A DNA stretch of 64,000 bases. Origin: Patescibacteria group bacterium (GTDB lineage Bacteria; Patescibacteriota; Patescibacteriia; 2-02-FULL-49-11). Of this stretch, positions 9,635 to 18,784 are shown piece by piece; position 1 is the first letter of the stretch, and every line of letters starts with the position of its first letter. The stretch spans positions 1,254 through 65,253 of the forward strand of contig JBAZQN010000011.1 in the NCBI GenBank assembly GCA_041645165.1, given 5' to 3'. The position numbers and the translations under genes were made by a program. The notes beneath the pieces are model-generated. The model did not search any database. It was not told the DNA's origin and was given only the letters and a program-made list of their open reading frames with translations.

Positions 9635-10516
9635 ATGAGACATAAAGGACACAATAGACCTCATGATGTAGCAAGCGAGAAACGCACCGCATGGAAACGT
9701 TCTCACCCGATAACTAAAGAATTGCTGGCCAAGGGCGCACAAAAATTTATGTCGAAAGAAAGACACCCTCAAATCGATAAGGCATTTTCCCCAAAAGTAC
9801 ATTGCGTATGCTGCATGGATGAAGGGACGGCGCATATGGAAAGAGGCAGTAAGCTGTTCATGGCAGGGAGCGGGATATTGTATCCCGCGGCAAGCTGGGA
9901 TGATCGACTTAATCGCGTGGCAGATTTGTTTATTGATTTGCATATCACAGAAATTACCAGCCATGACGGGTGCGGCGCCGCCGGCATTGCGTTTAAGCGG
10001 GATGGGGGGGGAGAAGGCACTGGATGCAAAACAGCTGATGAGTATGGGGAAAAATGGTGCAGTGATTTGCAGGCTATAATGGATACAAAGCTGGACGTGC
10101 CGGAAAATGTGGAGGGTGTACAAAACGTCCATATTCACGAACATGAAATGGAAAGGCCGGGAGAGTTCCATATCGCGAGAGTGGTCTGGTTTGATGCCAC
10201 CGGTGAATTTACCAAACCCGATATGTTGGGGGAGGAGATTCCAAAGGGATTTGCGATAAATTATCATGCGTTCGCTTCACGGGAGATGGGCGGCTATCCG
10301 CTTAGTGAATTGGAAGTGGCTATAAAAATCGCGTTCAGCGATCATGGGTTTGACAAAGAATTTACCAAAGGCCATCCTTTCGTCATTATCGTTATTGCCA
10401 AGGACGAGGATCAGAAGAAAGAAGTAACGGAATTGATTGGTGGAATCATGCAAGAGAAAGAAGAGATCTCGCAATACAAACACAGAATTCGTATTGATGG
10501 TTTTATTCATGAATAA
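9635..10516 (+). CDS. Putative carbonic-anhydrase-like metal-binding protein
   Basis: CMDEG ... SHDGCGAA matches the Cys-x-Asp / His-x-x-Cys-Gly ligand pattern of beta/zeta CAs; SD AAGGAG. Confidence 0.55.
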   Translation: MRHKGHNRPHDVASEKRTAWKRSHPITKELLAKGAQKFMSKERHPQIDKAFSPKVHCVCCMDEGTAHMERGSKLFMAGSGILYPAASWDDRLNRVADLFIDLHITEITSHDGCGAAGIAFKRDGGGEGTGCKTADEYGEKWCSDLQAIMDTKLDVPENVEGVQNVHIHEHEMERPGEFHIARVVWFDATGEFTKPDMLGEEIPKGFAINYHAFASREMGGYPLSELEVAIKIAFSDHGFDKEFTKGHPFVIIVIAKDEDQKKEVTELIGGIMQEKEEISQYKHRIRIDGFIHE

Positions 10517-10568
10517 CTCACCCCAGCCCTCTCTTATCCTAAGAGAGGGAGCCATTATTCCTCCTCGT

Positions 10569-11161
10569 GGTAAAGACCAATCTCTATGGAGTTCTGGAGA
10601 CAATTCTGCACATTCTTAAGGATTCGTAACTCACCCCAGCCCTCTCTTATCCTAAGAGAGGGAGCCATTATTCCTCCTCTTAAGGTAAGAGGAGGTAAGG
10701 AGGAGTTATGAAGGCAACAAATCGGACATATAATGATCGAGAATTGAAATCGTTAAGAAGAACATTACGGAAGAATTTTACCGATCAAGAGAGATTATTG
10801 TGGAGTAAATTGCGCAATAGGCAATTAGACGGACATAAGTTTTATCGGCAATACGGTGTTGGTCGTTATGTGGTAGACTTTTATTGTCCTGAAAAACGAA
10901 TTGTAATTGAATTAGACGGAGGGCACCATACCGAGAAGACGAACCTTCAGCTTGATGCTGAAAGGGATAAGGCATTGAACACCCTCAACATTCGAGTATT
11001 AAGATTTTGGAACCATGAGGTAAAGACCAATCTCTATGGAGTTCTGGAGACAATTCTGCACATTCTTAAGGATTCGTAACTCACCCCAGCCCTCTCTTAT
11101 CCTAAGAGAGGGAGCCATTATTTCTCCTCTTAAGGTAAGAGGAGGTAAGGAGGAGTTATGA
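10569..11161 (+). repeat. 143-bp direct repeats (10569-10711, 11019-11161) at 450-bp period around the DUF559 gene
   Basis: One mismatch; each copy is the last ~20 codons of the DUF559 gene plus a REP doublet. Confidence 0.93.
10708..11079 (+). CDS. DUF559 / Vsr-like endonuclease domain protein
   Basis: RRTLRKNFTDQERLLWSKLR, KFYRQY, YVVDFYC, IELDGGHH, IRVLRFWN. Confidence 0.92.
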   Translation: MKATNRTYNDRELKSLRRTLRKNFTDQERLLWSKLRNRQLDGHKFYRQYGVGRYVVDFYCPEKRIVIELDGGHHTEKTNLQLDAERDKALNTLNIRVLRFWNHEVKTNLYGVLETILHILKDS

Positions 11162-11177
11162 TTTATAACGTTACGTT

Positions 11178-12488
11178 ATGCATAAAATAGATTTTGATCT
11201 CTCATTGGAAGAGGTTACCAAAATAGAGGGCGCAGCGACTTTGAGCGTGAAAGTGCGGGATGCAAAGGTGGAGGAGTGCAAGTTCGGCATCGCCGAGTAT
11301 AAAAGGTTTTATACGCAGGCGATGGTGGGAAAGCCCGCCTCTGCGCTCCCGCAGCATTTGGCGCGCATCTGCGGCACCTGCTCAAACGCCCATATCATGG
11401 CGTCGCTCGATGCAGTGGAGCACGCACTGGGCATTGTCCCTTCGGCGCAAACGAAGGTGTTGCGCGCGCTTACGATGGATGGGCTCATGATCCGCGACCA
11501 TGCGCTTCATCTTTATCTTTTTTCCTTACCTGACCTTTTAGGAAAAGACTCGATTCTCGCATTGGATGAAAATGATCCGGAAGAACACCAGCTGCTCCAT
11601 GACGCGTTTGACGTCAAGGCCGCGGGTAATCACTTGTCGCAGCTTGTGGCAGGCAGGAGCGTGCATGCGCCGATGCCGGTGGTGGGAGGTTTTTTGAAAA
11701 TACCAGATTCCGCGGGCATTGAGAAATCTCGGCGGGAACTCGAGCAAATAAGGCCTGCTCTACTGCGGCTGATAGGCGTATACGGGAAAAGTACATTTAT
11801 TCTTCTTTCCAAGACCAATTATGTGGCGCTTACCGCCAATCCGTACAGTTTCTTGCAGGGAGATCTTTGCGCGAGCAATGTTGCGTGCATTCCGGAAGAG
11901 CAGTTTATGGAGCATTTAAGCCATGTGGTGGTGCCTTATTCGCAGGCCTCCGCCTACGCGTTCCAGGGAGAGCTTTATCGGGTTGGCGCTTTGGCTCGCT
12001 TGAATTTGAACAAAGATGCGCTCAATCCCCGCACGAAAGCGGACGCTGCCCAATATCTTGCACGGTTCCCTTCAGATAACGCATATGATAACAATCTCGC
12101 GCAGGCAATCGAAATCCTGCACTGCATAGATGAGGCGCTGGAGATGCTCTCTACCCATTCATTCCATGCAGAGACGCCGCAAAAGGCGAACCCTCATGCG
12201 GGCGAGGGCATTGGCGTGATTGAGGCTCCCCGCGGCACGCTCTACCATAAGGTGGAGCTGGATGAAAAGGGGATAGTCACGCACGGCGACATCGTGGTGC
12301 CCACGGGGCAGAACCAGCTCGCCATTGAATGGGATATCAAGCAGTTAGTGGAGCAGTGGTTGAAGGAGGGGAAGGAGATTGGGAATAAAAAAGCGCTCGA
12401 ACATGAAATCGAGCAGCTTATCCGCGCGTACGACCCTTGCATGAGCTGCGCGGCGCATTTTTTGGAAGTTACGTGGGATGAAGCATAG
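11178..12488 (+). CDS. NiFe hydrogenase large (alpha) subunit, group 3b-like
   Basis: TKIEG, L1 RICGTCSNAH, EAPRGTLYH, L2 RAYDPCMSCAAH plus short C-terminal extension. Confidence 0.95.
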   Translation: MHKIDFDLSLEEVTKIEGAATLSVKVRDAKVEECKFGIAEYKRFYTQAMVGKPASALPQHLARICGTCSNAHIMASLDAVEHALGIVPSAQTKVLRALTMDGLMIRDHALHLYLFSLPDLLGKDSILALDENDPEEHQLLHDAFDVKAAGNHLSQLVAGRSVHAPMPVVGGFLKIPDSAGIEKSRRELEQIRPALLRLIGVYGKSTFILLSKTNYVALTANPYSFLQGDLCASNVACIPEEQFMEHLSHVVVPYSQASAYAFQGELYRVGALARLNLNKDALNPRTKADAAQYLARFPSDNAYDNNLAQAIEILHCIDEALEMLSTHSFHAETPQKANPHAGEGIGVIEAPRGTLYHKVELDEKGIVTHGDIVVPTGQNQLAIEWDIKQLVEQWLKEGKEIGNKKALEHEIEQLIRAYDPCMSCAAHFLEVTWDEA

Positions 12489-12852
12489 CCGCAATTTCTT
12501 CAACGACGCGGCCATTGTCTTCGGGAGGCACACCAATAATCCGGACTTCAAGGTCCGGATTTATTTTTTTAAGCAGAAGCAGGTGGAGCCCAAGGTCGAA
12601 ATCGTGAAGGCTTACGTTGCTGCGTGTTTTTAGCGCGGCGGCAAAAGCATCAAGCGATTCGAAGCAGGACACGTCCTTGATCCCTTTCACCGTGTCAATG
12701 ATCCACCAGGGGTTTTCCGGCGGTATACATTCCTCGGTTGGGTCTTTTACTTCAAAGGTAATTTCTGGGAAACGTTTTTGAAGTTCTGGAAGAATTCTCA
12801 AGGGAAGCGAATCTTCTTCAAGAAGTGGATTGCCAAAAACAGTAATGGTCAT
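12469..12852 (-). CDS. Hydrogenase maturation protease-like (HycI/HybD fold) protein
   Basis: VFGNPLLEED, IIDTV, SLHD motifs; adjacent to the large subunit. Confidence 0.7.
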   Translation of the reverse strand: MTITVFGNPLLEEDSLPLRILPELQKRFPEITFEVKDPTEECIPPENPWWIIDTVKGIKDVSCFESLDAFAAALKTRSNVSLHDFDLGLHLLLLKKINPDLEVRIIGVPPEDNGRVVEEIAAMLHPT

Positions 12853-12964
12853 AGTCTTGACGGATAGCTATTTTTCTGTTAAATTTCTCTGTTTAAAAAG
12901 TCAGATGAGACTGAAAGGGCAAAAAAGTTTTCAGTCGCATCTTAAATGAAAGAGAGGAGAGGAG

Positions 12965-13162
12965 GTGAAGAAGATGAAGAAGAAAGTAAGCCTCTCATTT
13001 CAGTATAAGCATGAGCGTAAACCTTCATCAGTGAGGTTTATCGAGCTTATACCATATGGGTCGCCGGAGTTCGTTCTCTCGAAGATCGAAAGTGCATTAA
13101 GAATAATGCAAGAAACCGGTGATGAAATACTTACAATCTCCCAGGATGGGTGGTTGAGGTAG
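12965..13162 (+). CDS. Small hypothetical protein
   Basis: Strong SD GGAGGTG; followed by a hairpin at ~13170-13200. Confidence 0.45.
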   Translation: MKKMKKKVSLSFQYKHERKPSSVRFIELIPYGSPEFVLSKIESALRIMQETGDEILTISQDGWLR

Positions 13163-13200
13163 TGTGGATGGGAGATTAGTCATAGCCCGGCTAATCTCTT

Positions 13201-14010
13201 TTATATTAATGAAAATTGTAACGAGAGTTTTGTATAATGTATCAAATTTTTAAGCTGCTGAGGATTTAATATTTCGCAGGGCATATCCCAGTGGATGGAA
13301 ATCGTGTCACCCTCCTTTACCTCTTCCATAAGCGAATCATCGTCCAGCCTGCGGGTGATGCGGTAGGGGTTGGGGGAGCCGAGGATTAAACGATTGGGAT
13401 TCCCTTTTAGTTTTTTTTGCCTGGATCCCGCATCAAGTGCGGGATGACAATGAGAAAGGATAAGCGGTTGCCGTGATACTGTGATAAATGGCCCGTCTAT
13501 GAGTATGACCTTCCCCCAGCTCACACGGCATTTGTCCATGCTTTCGAGTGTGTGTTCCGTTTCTGCGTGCCCCGTGCGCTGCCACACATTGAACACATGG
13601 AAATTATGATGAGGGAGCGGGTGATATTGTAGCGTCGCCGTGAGATGGTCGAAATTACGCGCGGTGAGGCGCTTTTTTAATTTCAGCGCGTCAGTGAAAT
13701 GGGTCAGGAGCATTTGTGGGGTGATGGGAGTGAGCAGTTCGTTGCCGAGCCAGTAGGATTCGACGATGCGTTCGTCAAAAGGATCCGCAATGCCGTTCGC
13801 ATGCGCAATCATCTCTAGGTAGGGATAGAGCGTTTTGAATTTATGGAGCAGGTTTTCAAGCCCTTGGCCGCTTTCTTTCGCGGTGAGGTAGGCGAGCACT
13901 TCGCGGTTCGCGTCAGGCCCGCACAGGTGCAGGCGATTGGGGCCGAAAGAATAACGCGCGCAGCGCGACACGCCGTCAACAGGCACAGAGGTGGATAAAG
14001 GCTGAACCAT
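13201..14010 (-). CDS. DUF6390-like protein (hydrogenase-locus associated)
   Basis: ARYSFGPNRLHLCGP, YPYLEMIA..NGIADPFD.RIVESYWLGN, PHHNFHVF, CRVSWG, ISIHW. Confidence 0.75.
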   Translation of the reverse strand: MVQPLSTSVPVDGVSRCARYSFGPNRLHLCGPDANREVLAYLTAKESGQGLENLLHKFKTLYPYLEMIAHANGIADPFDERIVESYWLGNELLTPITPQMLLTHFTDALKLKKRLTARNFDHLTATLQYHPLPHHNFHVFNVWQRTGHAETEHTLESMDKCRVSWGKVILIDGPFITVSRQPLILSHCHPALDAGSRQKKLKGNPNRLILGSPNPYRITRRLDDDSLMEEVKEGDTISIHWDMPCEILNPQQLKNLIHYTKLSLQFSLI

Positions 14011-14092
14011 ACGCGGAGAAATACGGTTCGTAACTCCTCCCCGCCTCCTCTTATCCTAAGAGGAGGAGTCGATTTTGGCCTTCCCTCTTATT

Positions 14093-15049
14093 TTAAGAGG
14101 GAAGATTTGATGCATCACCCTCTCTTAAAGTAAGAGAGGGATGGGGTGAGTTACGAGAAACGAGGGGAGTTATGAGTTTTCGCGTGCCCCAGATGAGGAG
14201 AGTGGAACCAAGAACGACCAATACGCCGTTATATACTTGAGGCAGCGTGATTGAATGGGTGATAAATATTCCACTCATGACGTTTGTTATGAGCGTCGCA
14301 GGCACCAGAAGCGCCGTGGCAACGGTGACGGGCAATTTTTTAAGCGCGCTATACCACGTGGTGACATACCCCAAGAGCAGCAGTGCGGTGAGCAAGGTCC
14401 ATCCCCATTGCATAGCATTCAGATGCACTATGGCGCCGCTGCCGTCCTTGAGCGCAAGAATAAGGAAAAGGAAGAGCGATCCTACTGCCATGCGCGCGCC
14501 CGCAACCGTGAGGCTTGAGATATTGGCCAATGCCTTTTTGGCAACGACATTCTCAAGCGCCCAAAATACGGTCGCCATCAGCACCAGCGCCTCACCTATG
14601 TTGAAATTAAATTTAGGAAATCCCAATGCGAGGTTACCGCCGAAAAGCAGAAGGAGGGCGGCTATCTGGGTAATGCCTATATGTTCTTTTAATAGAGGAA
14701 CAGCAAAAATGGCAGCCCAGAGGAAGAGGGTTTTATGGATGAATGCGGCACTGAGGGCGGGTATCATGGAGAGGCCTGTGAAGTAGAGGATAAAGGGCAC
14801 GCATCCGCCGATGACCGCAATGAAGAGCAGTTGGAGCGCTTGAGAAGATTTTAGTGAAATTAATTCTTTCCATCTCTTCGTGAGAAGAATAATTCCTACA
14901 AGCGTCGCGCCCACAAGCGCATTTCGTAGAGTGGTGGAGAGTATGGGATCCTTGAGCGCGGTCACTGCGATCTTTGTTAAAAAATTATTGGTGCCGGAAA
15001 AGAATGCGGTAGCAAGCGCGAGCATGATACCCTTGGTAGCATTGTTCAT
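14093..15049 (-). CDS. EamA/DMT family transporter
   Basis: About 10 TM helices in two repeats, LLKE motif; C-terminus runs into a REP element. Confidence 0.85.
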   Translation of the reverse strand: MNNATKGIMLALATAFFSGTNNFLTKIAVTALKDPILSTTLRNALVGATLVGIILLTKRWKELISLKSSQALQLLFIAVIGGCVPFILYFTGLSMIPALSAAFIHKTLFLWAAIFAVPLLKEHIGITQIAALLLLFGGNLALGFPKFNFNIGEALVLMATVFWALENVVAKKALANISSLTVAGARMAVGSLFLFLILALKDGSGAIVHLNAMQWGWTLLTALLLLGYVTTWYSALKKLPVTVATALLVPATLITNVMSGIFITHSITLPQVYNGVLVVLGSTLLIWGTRKLITPLVSRNSPHPSLTLREGDASNLPS

Positions 15050-15198
15050 AGAATTGCTAGAGTTTTATCATGAATAAATTTTGATCTTCATTCTTAGGAG
15101 ACCTCCCCTCACGTGTCCCCTCCCCGTGATAAACACGGGGCAGGCTCTTAGTAGGGAGGGGATGGGGTGGTTTCCGTAATTTAAGTATTGACAGTATA

Positions 15199-17661
15199 TC
15201 ACTTTTTTAAATATACAAACACTTTTGTGGAACCAATCGTTGCCGTGTGGTCTGCGTCAAGAGAAGCGCGTGCGGATATCTTTTCTGCATCAAGCCAGTA
15301 AGAGTTAAGGACAAAATATGCGCGCGTGACACCCACAAGATCCATGGCGTTTTCCATTGTTACGCGAGATGCTTTTTGGTACACCATGTTGAGGTAGAAT
15401 TGATAGAGAGGTGAAGAGGTGGGAATGGGGTAATAGAATATAGTTTGACAGTCTGCAGTTTGGCAGTTTTTCAGTTTAAAGTATTTTTTAAAGCCGAATT
15501 CTTGCAGGGCGGCGGCGGCTATGGATTGGTTGGAAAGGACGATATGCGGCTCGTTCCCCGCGTTGGCTTCTATCCAATGCGCCGTGTCTATATCCGTTTG
15601 GGAGACAGAAAAGCCGCGGCTTTTGGAAAAGGCATCGACGCGGGGGTACGTGTAGTAGAAAGAAATGGTGATGAGGCAGGTGAATATTACGAGAGAAAGA
15701 ATTATCGATTTTGTTCCCGTTTGGGGATGGACAATTTTGTTCGGCGTCGCGATCAAGCGACCCTCGCGCCTTTCCGCCTCAAAAATTGCCATCCCCTCAC
15801 TGTCATTAATTATGACAGAATATAGTTCTCTACAGGAAAAGAGGGAGGAGATAGATCGATATAGTGTAATAATAAAGAGGGGAAGTATGGTGAGTCCTAT
15901 AAGGTCGAGGATACGTTCGGTAAACTCTGGGCGCTCATATGCGATCATCGCGGTGAGGGGAAGTGTGCGGATAAAAAGGTAATTGATGAAGAGGACCAGC
16001 GCAGTGAGCCATAAAGCGAGTGGGTATTTGTTTTCTTTGCGACGCAATAGCAGGTACGTCCCTGCCAAGGCGCCGATGAAGAAAAGGAGAGGGAGCGCTC
16101 GCATCCAGAGCTCGCTTGTGTGTGCGAGGGAGAGGAAAGGTAGGTAGTGGGGAATGAGATTGGGAAGTGGGAGCGCGTCAGCATATAAGGGTGCAATGCC
16201 CCCGTAGAGCTTGTTTGCCACCATAATCGCGGCAGGAAGCCCAAGCGAGCTCAATATGCTGATTATAATAGTTAAAACACGGGAGATACGTGGAGAAGTA
16301 TTATTCTGCACGGTTATATATGAAAGGAGCATGAGGGCAGGAATACCGGTGATGGGATGGATAAATATTATGCAAAACGCAATACCCCAGAGCAAGGATA
16401 GTGGTAAGTGGCGATGAAGGCATGATAAGGAAAGCAAAACGAGGATGAGATAAAAAAGGTTCGCAAGCGATTGCGGCACCGTGGCGATAAAAAGCGAGGG
16501 GGGGATGATGAGGAGCGAAAGAATTGTAATGAGTAAAAGATGTGTTTTTTGAAAATATTTTTTCAGTGTGAAAATTCCAATAATGGGAATGAGAATGCTT
16601 GCGAGGACAGGCAGAAGCCAGAGGTCAATGAGCGGAAGGGGAATCAGCATCACTTTTGAGAGAAAGACTACAAGGACATATTGCCCAAGATATGACAAAG
16701 GAGGCGGGGTGAGCAAGCCAGTTTCGAAGATAATTTTTTCAGTCGCACGGTGGATAAACGGATCAAAGCCATATCCGATGCGGTAGATGAGGAGCGCGAG
16801 AGAGAGGGTGAAGAAAAAATGAAATAATAGGAGTATTAGTTTGATCGAAGAAAAGGACGCGGGATCCGCTCGGGATGGTTCTCGGCGAACACGCGTCCCC
16901 GCCTCCTGCCCCGCCATGCGGGGCTCCGCCTCACCAGTCCCACTCCCGATAGTATCGGGAGACCATGCTGGGGCTGGCTCCGGAGGGTTCGCCAGAGAAC
17001 CAATCCCTCGCTGAGAGGTCAAGAACGGAAACTTCCTAGATGCTTTTATCCCCGACCAAGCCTCTTCTTTACGGGAGAAAAGAAATAAGAGAATAAAGGT
17101 AGCAAGTGCATAGAGATAAAGGAGCGAGTGGGGAAGGACTTCCCATGGTGTGCGTATTGAGGCGTCGGTGCGATGGTCGAGAATGAGGTTTATGGATATA
17201 GCGAAGAGGGTGAGATATGCAAAGGTAAGGAGTGTGGGGACAAGATATTTATTGAGCGGCAGTCGAGTATGTATTGGCTGTGATTCCGGTTTAGTATCAG
17301 CAGGGGGCTGGCGCTTGGTGCGAAGAAATAGGATTACATAACCGGCAAGAGGGATGAAGAACGTTATTGCGGTAATAGCGTACTCATTGAATGCCGCGAG
17401 GCGAAAATATGTGGATCCAGCGAGAATAACGAGCACAAGAACCGAGAGGAAGCCAAGAGTGTATTGTTCAATCCTTTCGCGGGAAGGCGCAAAAATGTTG
17501 CCCCAAAGCACGCACGAAACAACGAGCCAGAGGATGCTAAATGTAATCCCAATAATGAGAGAGTGGAAAAAGAAAAGGTTGAGCGCGAGTCCTGCAGGGA
17601 GCAGAAGCAAAATGGCGATTTTCGTAGCACGAGATTTTGTTAATATGTGGTAAGGGCGCAT
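15199..17661 (-). CDS. Large polytopic membrane protein (GT-C-like), with two repeat-derived in-frame inserts
   Basis: Many TM segments, YGFDPFIH loop motif, soluble C-terminal domain. Confidence 0.7.
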   Translation of the reverse strand: MRPYHILTKSRATKIAILLLLPAGLALNLFFFHSLIIGITFSILWLVVSCVLWGNIFAPSRERIEQYTLGFLSVLVLVILAGSTYFRLAAFNEYAITAITFFIPLAGYVILFLRTKRQPPADTKPESQPIHTRLPLNKYLVPTLLTFAYLTLFAISINLILDHRTDASIRTPWEVLPHSLLYLYALATFILLFLFSRKEEAWSGIKASRKFPFLTSQRGIGSLANPPEPAPAWSPDTIGSGTGEAEPRMAGQEAGTRVRREPSRADPASFSSIKLILLLFHFFFTLSLALLIYRIGYGFDPFIHRATEKIIFETGLLTPPPLSYLGQYVLVVFLSKVMLIPLPLIDLWLLPVLASILIPIIGIFTLKKYFQKTHLLLITILSLLIIPPSLFIATVPQSLANLFYLILVLLSLSCLHRHLPLSLLWGIAFCIIFIHPITGIPALMLLSYITVQNNTSPRISRVLTIIISILSSLGLPAAIMVANKLYGGIAPLYADALPLPNLIPHYLPFLSLAHTSELWMRALPLLFFIGALAGTYLLLRRKENKYPLALWLTALVLFINYLFIRTLPLTAMIAYERPEFTERILDLIGLTILPLFIITLYRSISSLFSCRELYSVIINDSEGMAIFEAERREGRLIATPNKIVHPQTGTKSIILSLVIFTCLITISFYYTYPRVDAFSKSRGFSVSQTDIDTAHWIEANAGNEPHIVLSNQSIAAAALQEFGFKKYFKLKNCQTADCQTIFYYPIPTSSPLYQFYLNMVYQKASRVTMENAMDLVGVTRAYFVLNSYWLDAEKISARASLDADHTATIGSTKVFVYLKK

Positions 17662-17862
17662 AAAAAATTACTATTTCAAGGTAATCATCATAGAATTGTC
17701 ACATTACGGTATTAATCTCATTATACATTAAAGTGGTGAATATGTTATTTTACAGCGCCTAAATGTAGCAGTACTGTGCATTCATGCAAATAGGTTTATT
17801 GATAATAAAATGAGCCCTCATAAAGGGCACATGGTGTTTAATTGTGAAATATACTAATTTGC

Positions 17863-18048
17863 CAACCCAATTCCGATTGTCATTCCAGACCGAGATCTGG
17901 AATCCAGACATAAAACAAACAAAAAGATCAATTTTCTTTTGGTTTTCCCCGATCTCGGTCGAGGACGGCGTCTGGATTCCCGCTGGAGCTTGCCCCGTAC
18001 CTTGATACGGGGCGGGAATGACGATGGAATCGGAATTGAATAGCAATT
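17863..18048. repeat. ~190-bp composite GTCATT-type palindromic element; inverted copy at 53314-53502
   Basis: Two GTCATTCC..GGAATCCAG arms, shared CCCCGATCTCGGTCGAGGACGGCG core and a nested CCCCGT..ACGGGG-CAAGCT hairpin. Confidence 0.88.
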
Positions 18049-18064
18049 GAGTATAAATGATTAA

Positions 18065-18715
18065 TTATTTTATTAAAAAAACATAGTAGCCGCTTGTTTG
18101 TTTTGACTTTTGTTTTTTTAACAGGATATCGGTAGTTCTTGCGAGCGTATTGAGGAGAGTAAAGCGGCCCAAGGGGCTCAAGTGTACCCATGTCTCGAGC
18201 GGCCCTCTTACTTTTTGTATTTCTAGAGAAGAGAAATTGCGGCTTAAATACTTTAGTGAATCTTCCGTATATCTCCAAAAGTCGCCATAATATCCCGGCT
18301 GCGCGTGGTAATAGTAGAGAAATGGGACATAGAGGAAGCAATAGCCGCCTTTTTTCAGCACGCGGTGCATTTCTTCAAAAGCCTTGAACGGGTTTTCAAT
18401 GTGTTCCAAAACTGCGATACAAATAATCGCATCGGTCGATGCGTCGCCCAGTGGCATGCGATGGATGTCCCCGATAATGTCAGGGTGGTAGTCCGGCACG
18501 GGATCAAGGATTTTATAATTTACCGCATTGAGATATTGTTTTATCCACGCGCGGTGCGGGTCATACCGGTTTCCTTTTGTGTCAGAAATTCTCAATCCTC
18601 CGCCAATGTCAATAATATCCTTTTTTTGCTCAAAGATTTGTCTTATCTTTTCGTAGAAGAAAGTATCCCAGGGAGTCATACGAAGAGCATTACCAAGAGG
18701 CGCATGTATCGCCAA
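18065..18715 (-). CDS. Class I SAM-dependent methyltransferase
   Basis: IIDIGGG, GDIHRMP, AVLEHIENP, RVLKKGG, DFWRYT. Confidence 0.88.
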   Translation of the reverse strand: MAIHAPLGNALRMTPWDTFFYEKIRQIFEQKKDIIDIGGGLRISDTKGNRYDPHRAWIKQYLNAVNYKILDPVPDYHPDIIGDIHRMPLGDASTDAIICIAVLEHIENPFKAFEEMHRVLKKGGYCFLYVPFLYYYHAQPGYYGDFWRYTEDSLKYLSRNFSSLEIQKVRGPLETWVHLSPLGRFTLLNTLARTTDILLKKQKSKQTSGYYVFLIK

Positions 18716-18784
18716 AGAGCCGCACTTGAACCAGAACGGTTGCTGTTGTTATTAATTGACCCCATGGCTATAGCATATTGAAAT

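Noticed and set aside
9557-11114. Four identical 38-bp repeats as a CRISPR array
   Set aside because: Spacing is 957, 113 and 450 bp, whole genes lie between copies, and there are no cas genes; they are REP-like.
10569-11161. Diversity-generating retroelement TR/VR pair
   Set aside because: The repeats differ by a single C/T, show no adenine-specific variation, and there is no reverse transcriptase in the window.
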